The notes under the pieces are model-generated. The model did no database searches. It was not told the origin of the DNA and was given only the letters and a program-made list of their open reading frames with translations. Made by a program: the position numbers and the translations under genes. Positions 52,414 to 64,000 of a DNA stretch of 64,000 bases are shown in pieces. Origin of the DNA: Malacoraja senta. Its lineage: Eukaryota. Position 1 is the first letter of the stretch, and every line of letters begins with the position of its first letter. The stretch is taken from positions 103,726,001 to 103,790,000 of the forward strand of contig CM075978.1 in assembly GCA_038087875.1 (NCBI GenBank), in the 5' to 3' direction.

Positions 52414-52960
52414 TTAGTCAGCATGGATGAGTTGGGTCAAAAAGCCTTTTTTTGGGCTATGTAGCACCATACTTTTAATATCTCTGCCAGTGTCCCTATT
52501 ATTTCATCCCTAGGTTTCCATAAGCTTCCAGGATGCACTTGGTCAGATAAATAAGAAATATGTTGATTGGTAGGTTAATTGACTGCTGTAAATGGACCCT
52601 GGTGTAGATAGTGATGAGGGAATTACAGGGAAGTTGATGGGTATGTGGATTTGGAAGGTTGCAGGGAAGGAAGCAGGGGCTAGAATTGATTGGATTGTTC
52701 TGAGAGCTGGCATAGAGCTGATGAGCTGAATAGCCTACTTCTATATCATATGCAAAGATGAGGAAAGAGCAGAGATCTCTGTCTGGTGTCCCTGGGTAAC
52801 CTTCAACCAATTTACGATTAGCACCAAGCAGGATTCTCTGGTCATTTATTTTATTGCTGTTCATCCGAGTATTCTGCTGCTTTTTCTCTGCTTCATAATA
52901 TTACATCAAAGATGTCACAAATGGAAAAATAAACATTTGTTTTCTTCTGCTGTTCTGCAG

Positions 52961-53227
52961 CTACTCCAGAGGCCAAGAGATTGCGCATAACAGATGAAAC
53001 AATTAACACTTTTCGAGTGAGCTGGATTCCGGCCCCCGGCAAGGTGTTGAACTATCGACTCACTTACAGACCTGCAGATGGAGGAAGAGCCCTAATCACC
53101 AAGGTTCCCCCTCATCTGACCAGCACTGTCCTACGACGGCTCAATCCCCAGACAACGTACGATGTCTCTGTTGTTCCGATGTATGGGAAAGGGGAAGGAA
53201 AATTAAGATTGGGGCAAGGAACAACAG
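52961..53227 (+). CDS. col12a1: FN3 exon matching human exon 15 ([14 protein letters not shown]...[12 protein letters not shown])
   Basis: tgttctgcAG / GTGTGT; 267 nt; [19 protein letters not shown]. Confidence 0.95.
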
Positions 53228-53634
53228 GTGTGTTTATGTTACTTAATGAGAATTCTGCTGAGGTTTAAATATTTTTGCAGCTAATCGAAGAGCATTGAAG
53301 TCTCTTCTGTATTTTCATTACGCTCTATTTCTGGGCAACATATTGCATAATGGTAATGCAAAATTATCAGGTCAAATAGGGTGCAGTGGTTCAATCCTTA
53401 CCTGTGTGTGTGGAGTTTGCATGTTTTCCCTCTGACCAGATGGTTTTCCTCCAGGTGCTTTGGTTTTCTCTGGCATCCTAAAGATATGCTGGTTATTGGG
53501 TTAATTGGTCACTCTGAATTACCCCTAATGTAAATGGGTGCAAGAGGAATTGTTGCAATTGGAAGTTTCTGGTCATATGATAAGGTGACATTTACAAAAA
53601 TTAAGTAGAAGAAGATTGGTGGGATTTTTATATA

Positions 53635-54030
53635 ACCATGACCTAGGACAAGAATTTGGCCATTCAGCCCACCGAATCTACTCCGCAATTCAATCATGGC
53701 TGATCTATTTTTCCCTCTCATCTCCATTCTCCTGCCATCTCCCCATAACCTTTGACACCCTTACTAATTAAGAACCTATCAATCTCTGCTTAAAAAATGC
53801 CCAATGATTTAGACTCCACCGCTATCTGTGGCAATGAATTCCATTGATTCACTACCCCCTGGCTAAATAAATTCCTCCTCCTTTCTAAAGGTGCGTCCTT
53901 TTATTCTGAGGCAGTGACGTCTTGTCCTAGACTCTCCCACTACTGGAAACATCCTCTCTACATCCATTCTATCCTGGCCTTTCATTATTCTGTAGATTTC
54001 ATTGAGATGCCCGCTCATTCTTCTAAAAGG
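53635..54030 (-). mobile_element. CR1 3' fragment
   Basis: Shared CR1 3'UTR (ggccattcagccc...catggctgatc...cctgcc) and ORF2 end. Confidence 0.8.
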
Positions 54031-54129
54031 ATTGTTCTGCGAGGTGACAAAAATCTTGATGGGCTGAGTGGCCTACTATGCGATAAAATGAGATTATGAG
54101 AAATACTTGAGCAGGTAATCGCATCTGAC

Positions 54130-54390
54130 AACTTTGTGCACATTTGTGGATATTATGTCCAACGGTACCATTCTGAAGAATAATATGAGAGTTTCTCTAT
54201 GTCCTGGACAATATTTATCTCTGACAACATCATTAAAGTGAATTATCTGGCTGTGATCATACATTTATAGAATCTCTCTCTTCAGAAACTAGCTGCAGTT
54301 TCTCTGCATTGCAATGGGAATGTAATCACAAATTAAGCTTTGAAGTTCTTTTAGAAGTCAAAAGTGTTATAGAAATTCAAATTCTTCCTA
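54130..54390 (+). mobile_element. Ancient DeuSINE (SacSINE1/AmnSINE1-like) remnant; second remnant ~52760-52910
   Basis: tgtcctggacaatatttatctctgacaacatcattaaagtgaattatctggc resembles the Deu central domain as recalled. Confidence 0.55.
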
Positions 54391-54856
54391 TGTTTGCAGC
54401 TGATGATTTAATCTGCCCTATAAATTCTTGTTTTTTGTTATATCTTAAATGAGTTTTGAGGTTTGGCACGACTTATTGAGCATTTGCCTTCCTTCATCAC
54501 CAAGAAGGGTTTCTGAGTGACATTGGAGGGAAAGCAGGTCACGGTTCACATTGGAAATCGGCCAATCTGAAGTCTAAACATTTGTTGAAGGCTCAGCCAC
54601 ATTCTTTGGTTTAGTCAAAACAAATCAAAGTGGGTTTCTGCTTATTTTTACATCTCTTCCAGATTATATGTTTGATGGATGGGGAGAGAACGTCTTGTGT
54701 TCATTAGTTATCTAAACCACGTGAGGCCAGATTAATGGAATTGGTTGAGTGTGGACTTAGTCATTTCTTGCTGGGTATTTTTATATATTTATCTGCATTG
54801 ACTGATGTTGATGATTTGACATCTCAGTTGTGATTTTTTTTAAATCTTCCTATCAG

Positions 54857-55049
54857 CCTCACGATACATACCTCCCCAAAACTTACAGACGTCTGATGCC
54901 GCAAGAACAAGCTTCAGAGTGACATGGGAGCCTTCTCCAGGGGAGGTAAAAGGATATAAAGTCATCTACCATCCAAGGGGAAGAGAAGAACAATTGGGAG
55001 AATTGGTAGTTGGACCGTACGACACAACTGTGGTCCTCGAGGAGTTGAG
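54857..55049 (+). CDS. col12a1: Exon 16 equivalent: FN3 first part ([14 protein letters not shown]...[13 protein letters not shown])
   Basis: tcttcctatcAG / GTAAAG; 193 nt; phase 1-2; absent from the ORF track on this strand. Confidence 0.95.
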
Positions 55050-56654
55050 GTAAAGCAATAAGCATTGAACTAGATATTACTTTTTAACGAGAGTAATGAG
55101 AAGCCAATGAATGAGTTTGAACAAGTCCCATTGATTTATAACTCAAGAAATCCTACAGAAAACTATTGACCTTTACATTTTGGAAACATTTTAATTGATA
55201 AACTTTAGTCACGACCAGCCAAGTTTGATCAGTCAGCTTTCTCAATGAAAAACATTGAATTTCCATTTCTAACTCCATCGTGACACATTTGAGAACAAAA
55301 GTTCAGAAGATTTGTACACTAGAGAAAATCACAGAGAGATTCAAAGGGGCTTAATAATGCATTGTATTCTTCTTTGTTTTTTTTTATCATGGAACTGGAG
55401 GCAGTGTAACTTGTTAATGATGTTTGACTTGTGAATATGCAAAAATCTTTGGATCATTTGTGGTCTTTAAAGACATAGATTCATTTTTGAAGATCATGGA
55501 ATTGAGGGAAGGGCCAAGGAAGCATATGACCAAGATCCAGTGATTTAAATTCATCTGACATTAAAGATACTAGCAAATGGTCTTCTGCAGGTGTTCTCCT
55601 GATCATCTGCTGCAAGAACCAGAGAACGCCTGGATGAAAAACAGCATAAGGCCTGCTTACTCTATTCTTCCAAGGTTTCCACAGACTTCTGCTGCAGAGA
55701 ATGAGTGGGGGGGGATGCCTCAACAAGTTGAACTTTTTTATTTAAATTGTCATTATAAATTCTTATGTCTAGATTTATAATGTAAACATGTCACACTGAA
55801 ATTACACTCATCTGTTAGTCCTGGGCTTGTGGAACCATGGTCAGGATGGATAAATAAACCATCTGATCTCCTTGATTGGATTCCAACTAACTCACTCCCA
55901 GGCATCCATTACTCCATATGAACCACTGGAATCCCTCAGTTGACTTATTATCTGGTGCATTGTACATTGTAAATCATTTGAACACTATTTGGTTCCAGCC
56001 TGAAACCTACCCTTGGGAATTAATATTATTCCATATTTAGCCTACTTCAAATCATTAATGAGATTGTTGCTTTTGATTGACTTTCTAATAATCCCTTTTT
56101 TCTGGTCAGATTTGTGTCCCAGACTTAATGGAGTAAGTTTTGCAAATTGAAAGATATTTTATATAAAACGGGTCTCCTCCCTCTACTGAGAAATGATGTG
56201 TTGATTTTGTCAATAAAAATGATTCATTTTATTTTGCCGAGAATCCCCGGTGACTTCGGGGTTACTTCAGCAGGCCCATGAATCTTTGAACCTTTTGTTT
56301 TCTAAATTCTTCGAAATGTGTTCAATTGTCGGATCAAAAACCAGGACTTTTATAATGTGCTCCAGCAAAAAGTAGTATCCACGGAGTAAGCTGGGTCTAG
56401 GGCCAATAACTGCAAATGACTAAGCTAGGGTGAAATTGGAAGGGAAAGATCAGATGAAGTGTGGTGTGATACTGTAGTTTAGGGGAATTAGGCATGGGTT
56501 TATGGAAATTCTTGTTTCATTGTCTGGCTTTGAAAAAGCAAGTATCCCAGTGAACTTTTTTGTATGGTCATTTTTTTGACAGCACTGATGGACTGTAACC
56601 AGAGAGTCATCATCACTTGACTTGGAATGAATGACTGTATTGAGTGACTTAGAT

Positions 56655-58840
56655 GTAGAATTGGCTTCATGATAGGAAGTAGACGGTGGTGGAAGGTTGT
56701 TTTTTCAGACAGGAGACCTGTGATTAGTGGTGTGCATCAGAGATTGGTGCTGAGACCATTGCTGTTTGTCATCTATATCAACAATGTTGATACTAATGTA
56801 CAAGGTGTGATTAATAAATTTACAGATGACAATAAAATAGGTGGTATTGTAGACAGTGAAGATAGTTATCAACATTTACATGGTGATCTCGATCAGCTGG
56901 GCAAGTGGGCTGAGAAATGGCTAAAGAAGTTTAATTGTGATAAATGTGAGGTGATGCCTTTTGTGACATTAGATCAGGACAGGACTTTCACTGTGAATGG
57001 TAGTGCAGAGGGATATAGGAGTATGAGTATAGAGTTCCTGAAAGTGACCTAACAGGTAGATAGGGGGATGAAGATGGCTTTTGGCACATTAGTCTTTACC
57101 ATTTAGGGAATGATAGTTGGGACATCATGCTATAGTTGTACAAGGCATTGGTGAGGCTGCACTTGGAGTACTGTGTTCAGTTTTGGTCACCCTGCTATAG
57201 GAAAGGTACCATTACGGTGGAGGATTTAGGAGGATTTTGCCAGGACTTGAGGGGCTGAGCTAAAGGCAGAGGTTGGGGATGCTAAGACTTTATTCCTCAG
57301 AGTGCAGGAGTCTGATGGGTGATCTTATAGTGGTATATAAAATTGTAAGGGGAATAGACAATAGACAGTGGACAATAGGTGCAAGAGTAGGCCATTCGGT
57401 CCTTTGAGCCAGCACCGCCATTCAATGTGATCATGGCTGATCATCCCCAATCAGTACCCCGATCCTGCCTTCTCCCCACATCCCCTGACTCCGCTATCTT
57501 TAAGAGCCCTATCTAGCTCTCTCTTCAAAGTATCCAGAGAACCGGTCTCCACCGCCCTCTGAGGCAGAGAATTTCACAGACTCACAACTCTCTGTGTTAA
57601 AAAGTCTCTGTTCTAAATGGCTTACCCCTTATTCTTAAACTGTGGCCCCTGGTTCTGGACTCTCCCAACATCGGGAACATGTTTCCTGCCTCTAGTGTGT
57701 CCAAACCCTTAATAATCTTATATGTTTCAATCCCCACTCATCCTTCTAAACTCCAGAATATAAAAGCCCAGCCGCTACATTCTCTCAGCAAATGACAGTC
57801 CCTCCATCCCGGAAATTAACCTTGTAAACCAATGCTGCACTCCCTCAATAGCAAGAATGTCCTTCCTCAAGTTTGGAGACCAAAAATGCACACAATACGC
57901 CTAGGTGTGGTCTCACTAGGGCTCTGTATAACTGCAGAAGGACCTCTTTGCTCCTATGCTCAACTCCTCTTGTTTTGAAGGCCAACATGACATTTGCTTT
58001 CTTCACTGCCTGCTGAACCTGCATGCTTACTTTCATTGACTGATGAACAAGGACACCCAGATCCCATTGTTCTTCCCCTTTTCCCAACTTGACACCATTT
58101 AGATAATAATCTGCTTTCCTGTTTTTGCTACCACAGTGGATAACCTCACATTTATCCACATTAAACTGCATCTGCCATCCATCTGCCCACTCACCCAACC
58201 TGTCCAAGTCACCCTGCATTCTCATAGCATCCTCCTCACAGTTCACACTGCCACCCAACTTTGTGTCAATAGATAGGGTGAATGCACAATCTTTTCCCAG
58301 GTAGGGGAATCAAGAACTAGAGGGCATAGGTTTAAGATGAGATGGGAAAAATTTAATAGAAACTTGAGGGGCAATTTTCTCACCCAGAGGGTGGTGAGTA
58401 TTTGGAACGAACTGCCAGATATAGTAGAAAAAAAAAGATATTATAACAACACTGAAAATATATTTGGGCAGTGTAAGATATTATGGCAGTAGCATATAGA
58501 TAACAACTAGCACAGTATTTCAGTACACGCTGTTGCCAGTGTGGGTCTTTTTTATTTTGCAAAAGTACACTGCGCATACTCATACATATTCACGACTGAT
58601 AAAATAATGAATATTTTACGTGACTCAAATCACACCATTCTGACACTCAGTTCTTGCAGTTACAGTTACCATTATATACACAATTAAAAAACACTACAGA
58701 CAGGTAAATGGATAGGAAAGGTTTTGAGGGATATGGGCCAAACATGGGTAAATTAAACTAGCTTCGATAGGGCATCGTGGTCAGCATGGATACATTGGGC
58801 TGATTGGCCTGTTTCCGTGCTGTATAACTCTATGACTGTG
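56655..58840 (+). mobile_element. Older degenerate CR1 LINE split by the 57359-58267 insertion
   Basis: SGVHQRLVL..PLLFVIYIN, KFTDDNKIGG; sequence resumes at 58268 and ends in a CR1 3'UTR. Confidence 0.85.
57359..58267 (-). mobile_element. CR1 LINE 3' fragment, same subfamily as 18859-20318, nested in an older CR1
   Basis: ORF 57845-58258 nearly identical to the 19.4-19.8 kb copy; (ACAATAG)n tail on + strand; AATAGA duplicated at both ends. Confidence 0.93.
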
Positions 58841-60162
58841 ATTAAAGAATGATTTTGGGCCAGCTTGGGGCATACTGCGGCTGGTTTGCATTACTCTCTT
58901 TGCAGCTCACATCTTCTTCTCATTACAATCGATCAAGTTCTCTTTCTCCATGCGTTGATTTTCACCTGAGCATGAGGGTCCAGTATTTCATAACAGCTGA
59001 ATCAACAGCTCACACATTACTCACTTATTCCAAGTCGGACTGAAGCCTGAGGACAATCAAGTAATATAGCTACTCTCTACTTTAGCCTGAGGGAAGTGTT
59101 TGTTGATTACTTTATCTTTTCCATTAAGCCATGACATATCTGGTTTTACACATTGTAACTTTTTGCTTAGTCTTTTAAATATTATTATACCTCCTTACTG
59201 TAGAATTGAATCACTTCCCTTGTGTACAATTAAATGTCAGTGTTCCACTTATCTACTTGATTAATTTGCTTGTTACGTCGAAAATGTGAGGCATGTCACT
59301 CTTGAGACATAATCAAAGTTTCGAGGGAGTTATCACATTAAAAAATGTACTTTGATTGTATTCATTCCAAACTGTTTCTTAGTCAAAGTCTGGACTATTA
59401 TAATGGCTAGATACAAGGTGCCTTGTAAGTTATTCTCTTACTACTGTATCGGTATTGGTTTATTATTGTCACCGGTACTGAGATACAGTGAAAAGTTTTC
59501 TTTGTGAGCTATCTTTTGAATTATAATGTACATGAGTATGTTCTTTATACCTATAGTTGGGTATAAACCTGTGGCATATATCACTTGAAAGCCTGTCATT
59601 ATGCATATTGTTTTAGCTGAATAGGTTCTATTACTTTTGTCATTGACCTGAAAATTTGCAATGCATGCTGTTGCAGCATAAAGTCCTAGTCATCCACCTC
59701 TCGTGCTTTCTCTTTTTCCTAGGTTGATTTTTAATTCCCTTCACAATCTGCCTTTCTCCTCTACTTTAACTTCCTCCATGACCTCTCTGCTTCAATTTTG
59801 GATGCTTGCACTCCCCCACCTCCTGCACTCCTCCACCTCCTGACTTCCATCCCCATTGTCAGTGACATGGACATTATGTTCTGGATTTACTAATGTAGGT
59901 GGATGAAATTGAATCCAAGCAATTTCGAGGTGTTGCACTTGGGGGGGGGGTCGAATGTTAGGGGAAAGTATACAATATAGCAAGACCCTTTACAGCACTT
60001 ATGTCCAGAGGTCTCTTAATGGCAGAACCTCTTTCCCAGCATGTTGATGTCAAATATTAGAGGTCAGAGGGGCAAAGTTTAAAGGATATGTGTGGGACAA
60101 GTTTTTTACATAGAGAATGGTGGGTGCCTGGACCTACTTCCAGGAGTGGTGGTAGTTGCAGT

Positions 60163-60607
60163 TAAGAAACATAGAAACATAGAAAAAAGGTGCAGGAGTA
60201 GGCCATTCGGCCCTTCGAGCCTGCACCGCCATTCAATATGATCATGGCTGATCATCCAACTCAGTATCCTGAACCTGCCTTCTCTCCATACCCCTGATCC
60301 CTTTAGCCACAAGGGCCACATCTAACTCCTTCTTAAATATAGCCAATGAACTGGCCTCAACTACCTTCTGTGGCAGAGAATTCCACAGATTCACCACTCT
60401 CTGTGTGAAGAATGTTTCTCTCATCTCGGTCCTAAAAGACTTCCCCCTTATCCTTAAACTGTTACCCTGTGTTCTGGACTTCCCCAACATCGGGAACAAT
60501 CTTCCTGCATCTAGCCTGTCCAACCCCTTAAGAATTTTGTAAGTTTCTATAAGATCCCCCCTCAATCTTCTAAATTCTAGCGAGTACAAGCCAAGTCTAT
60601 CCAGTCT
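60163..60607 (-). mobile_element. Young CR1 3' fragment nested in an older + strand CR1 (~59890-60750)
   Basis: ORF 60242-60589 YSLEFRRLRGDLIETYKIL...QRVVNLWNSLP; host sequence continues on both sides. Confidence 0.9.
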
Positions 60608-61299
60608 AGAGGCTTTTAGATGTGTGGGGAACCGAGGGATATGAATCTCAGGGGAGATTAGTTTAAGTTGGCATCAATTTCATCACAGATATTCTAGACT
60701 GTAGGGCCTGTTCCTGTGCTGAGCTACTGTATGGATTATATGTTCTATGACTCACCGTGCAGACCAGACTCTGCATGCATCTGCAGCCTACCACCTCACT
60801 TCTTTTACCATTGAGATGCTACTTAAGACCAACTTTGATCAATCTTTTTATCACTGATCCTGGTATATCTTTATGTCGCTCAGTGTCCCATCTTGTTAAT
60901 TTTTCGCTGATGCACCGTAGAAATTCAGGATATCCATAACCAGGCTGAAGAAGATGTTCATGGCAAAGGAGTTGAGAGAAAGTCAAAGTTTCCTTGACTG
61001 GTTGCAGGAAGTGTGTGTGGCATATGAGGAGAGAGAGTGAGTAGACAATGGCTGTATTTTCTTTAGATCTCGTCGAAACGTAGTAAATACTGAAAGGATC
61101 AGCTGGTAGGGAGGATGTTTCATCTAGCTGAGGAGTAGAGGAACAGGGAGGCCAGTCTCAGAATAAAGGGTAGACCATTTAAGACTGAAATGAGAGAATA
61201 TTTTTTTTTTCAACCAGCAATATTGTTTGCGGTTCTCTTTAGGGCTGTGGAGTATTAATAACTGTGTTTATTGAAAACAAAAATTGATTTGTGGGTGGT

Positions 61300-62160
61300 T
61301 TTTCAGGTAGTGAAGATGGTTGTGCAGCAGGATCTGGATCGATTGGGCAGGTGGGCTGAGGAATGGTTGATGGAAGTGTGAGGTGTTGAATTTTGGGACG
61401 TCTCACAAGGCAGGACCTACACGGTGTATGTTAGACCTCTGGGGAGTGTTGTAGGGCAGAAGGATTTAAGAGTGCAGGAACATGGTTCCTTGAAGGTCGA
61501 GTCGCAAGTAGGTGGTCAAAATGCTTTTGGCACTTTCGCCTTCATCAGTCAGAGTATTGAGTATAGAAGTTGGGAGGTCATGTTGCAGTTGTATAAGACG
61601 TTGGTGAGACCGCATTTACAATATTGTGTTCAATTCTGGGCACCGTGTTATAGGAAAGATATTGTCAAGCTTGAAAGGGTTCAGGGAAGATTTACAAAGA
61701 TGTTGCCAGGACTAGAGTGTCTTATCTATAGGGAGAGGTTGAGTAGACTGGGTCTCTTTTCCTTGGAGTGCAGGAGTATGAGGGGTGATCTAATAGAGGT
61801 GTGTAAAATCATGAGAGGAATAGATAGGGTGGATGCCCAAAGTAGGGTAATCGAGAACCAGAGGATGTAGGTTCAAAGTGAAGGGGAAAAAATTTAATAG
61901 GAATCCGAGGGATAACCTTTTCACACATAGGGTGGTGGGTGTTTGGAACAAGCTGCCAGATGAGGTAGTTGAGTCTGGGACTATCCCAAAGTTTTATAAA
62001 CAATTAGACAGGTACATAGATAGAACAGGTTTGGAGGGATATGGACCAAGCGCAGCTAAGTGGGACTAGTGTAGCTGGAACACTGTTGGCCAGTGTGGGC
62101 AAGTTGGTCCGAAGGGCCGGTTTCCACACAGTATCACTCTATGACTCTTTGACTATGATT
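61300..62160 (+). mobile_element. CR1 3' fragment, same subfamily as 31223-31797
   Basis: [36 protein letters not shown]; (ACTCTATG)n-like tail. Confidence 0.92.
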
Positions 62161-62449
62161 GATTTCTTAACATTATATAATCTGGGGGTATGAAAATGAC
62201 ATTGAGGTAAATCAGCCATGATCTAGAAACGGGGTCGAAGGCCCCAATGGGCTTCACTTGTTTCTATATCATATATTTTTATGAGAGGGATATGATGAAG
62301 GCATGCATTAAGGCTATGCATGTCCTTACCCCTCCAAAATCTTCCAAATAGTGATGGGAAACTTCCACAGAAATGGCTTTAAATCCAGACATACTGCAAA
62401 CAACACTCTGACACATGATTGCGATAAAGGATGGTCTGCATGGCAAATA

Positions 62450-62760
62450 TGCCCCTCACTCTCTGTTCCTTCCTCACCATAGTCATCGTACTAGTTTTAC
62501 TGTCATCCTGTTGAGTTCCACTGTCTGTATAATTTGATATCGCCTATCCCACAGCCAATAATAGACCATTGGGGGCTCCACATTTCCTTAATTATTGTTG
62601 CTTTTTGCATATCTATCATTCATTTGTCCTAAGTACTGTCTCATTCCCCTTTCCCCTGACTCTCAGTCTGAAGTAGGGTCTCGACCCGAAAAGTTACCTA
62701 TTCCTTTTCTCCATTGATGCTGCCTGACCTGCTGAGTTACTCCAGCTTTTTGTGTCTGTC
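62450..62760 (+). mobile_element. Penelope terminal repeat, sense orientation, mutated hammerhead core
   Basis: cagtctgaagtagggtctcgacccgaaaagttacctattcc...gatgctgcctgacctgctgagttactccagc; left boundary uncertain. Confidence 0.7.
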
Positions 62761-63061
62761 TTATGCTTTTTGTCATATCTTGCTGGAGGCATTAACAAGA
62801 GACCACCTTGGGGATGTTTGCCTTGGTCACCAATGATACATCATTGATGGCCGGCTCCATCATCCTCAGCAGATCTGGTTACATTGACTTCTGTGAGTGG
62901 AGTCGAGAACAATGAGCAGCTGATATTCGCACAGTCACTGAACTGAAGATAAATATCACCTCCATTTATGGTGTTTCACAGTGAAGCAGTTGCATTTTAT
63001 ATTTTGATTGTACGGAATTGTTTACACTGATAATGATCTCACTGTGTTTTTAATATTACAG

Positions 63062-63186
63062 GGCTGGTACCACCTACAAAGTGGCAGTTTCTGGAATGTT
63101 TGATGGCGGTGAAAGTTTGCCATTAATGGGGGAGGAACAAACAACTCTCTCTGATGAGGGTTCAATTGTGCCTTTCAATGCATCAG
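63062..63186 (+). CDS. col12a1: Exon 17 equivalent: FN3 second part plus linker ([41 protein letters not shown])
   Basis: tttttaatattacAG / GTAACC; 125 nt; phase 2-1 completes the AG|G Arg codon from the previous exon. Confidence 0.95.
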
Positions 63187-64000
63187 GTAACCAGCTCATT
63201 GATCAATCAGTTATTAAATGTTACGTTTTCTTCCAGGTAGTGACTTATTAGACATTGGTGCTCATAGCAGCATAGAAGGAGGAACTTGTAGCAAGATAGA
63301 AAGACGTCATTCATGTCTTTCAAAACTGTTGTGCATTCATTTTAAATTCTGCTTTCAATTCAATTACCTGTTTCATAACATTTCTCCATAACCCCAAAGC
63401 CATAAATGAACAAAATATATAAATTTCTTAAATGATGCCCAGCCTCAACAACTTTTAGTCATCTTTTGTTTTAAATCATTCCTGTAAATCAATTAATGTG
63501 TTGCTTAGTATCTGCCTTTCACAGTGACACTGGCTCTATTTTCCACCTGTTCATTTGCTTGTAGCTACGATTAATTTTAAAATAAATTAAAATTTAACCC
63601 ATATTTATATCTTCCCTAATTTTTCTCCCTAACTCTCTTGAAGGTGATTACTGAATGACAGCAGTATGGAAAGATCAACTTGGCTTGGAGAATCTGTACT
63701 GGCTTTTTGAAAGAGTAATCTTGCTTGTCCCACTCTTTTCAGCTTTTCCTCTCAGCCCTGCAAATTCTTTCCCTTCAGCTACCCAAACAGACCCCTTTGA
63801 TCACTGCAATTGTTCCTGGCAATGTATTCCAGATTCTAAGCACTAAGCATTAAGATATTTTTCCTCATGTCATTATTAGATCAGCATTCACCAATTACCC
63901 AAACACGTAATTACATTAAAATTAACACAGAAACATTCAGCATGTCAGGGAGCATCATTGGGAAGAGGATAGTTCACATTGAAGGACATTGAATAAATTA

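Larger units (their letters stand above)
658..63186 (+). other. col12a1: Collagen type XII alpha 1 gene, 5' portion (14 coding exons; incomplete at both ends)
   Basis: Spliced translation gives SP-FN3-vWA-FN3-vWA-FN3x4, the N-terminal NC3 architecture of the long collagen XII isoform. Near-verbatim COL12A1 motifs include [40 protein letters not shown] and [26 protein letters not shown]. Intron phases are compatible throughout. Confidence 0.96.

Noticed and set aside
51916-52464. Several overlapping 66-157 aa ORFs on both strands
   Set aside because: By-product of a GC-rich, stop-poor MITE; no transposase motifs.

Overview
Repeat-dense vertebrate DNA, most likely from a cartilaginous fish (skate/ray-type), judged from its CR1/HER1 LINE, HE1/V-SINE, DeuSINE and Penelope repeats. 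The whole window is the 5' part of a collagen XII alpha-1 gene (col12a1, + strand). Fourteen coding exons were traced by hand with canonical AG/GT ends and continuous frame: signal peptide, FN3, vWA1, FN3, vWA2, then four more FN3 domains (3016 nt of CDS; the gene continues past the window). Two FN3 exons present in human COL12A1 were not found in the 21-kb interval 30160-51069, which contains a 200-N assembly gap. Introns hold nested CR1, Rex1/Babar, Penelope and SINE fragments plus Harbinger, hAT and Tigger-like MITEs. The top finding is a ~137-bp TSD-flanked retroposon (49773-49909, - strand) whose 5' 53 nt fold into a minimal HDV-like self-cleaving ribozyme, followed by a stem-loop and an (AAG)n tail. 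Penelope terminal repeats also carry minimal hammerhead ribozyme cores. Repeat boundaries are approximate unless TSDs or TIRs are quoted. Human comparisons are from memory and need alignment to confirm.
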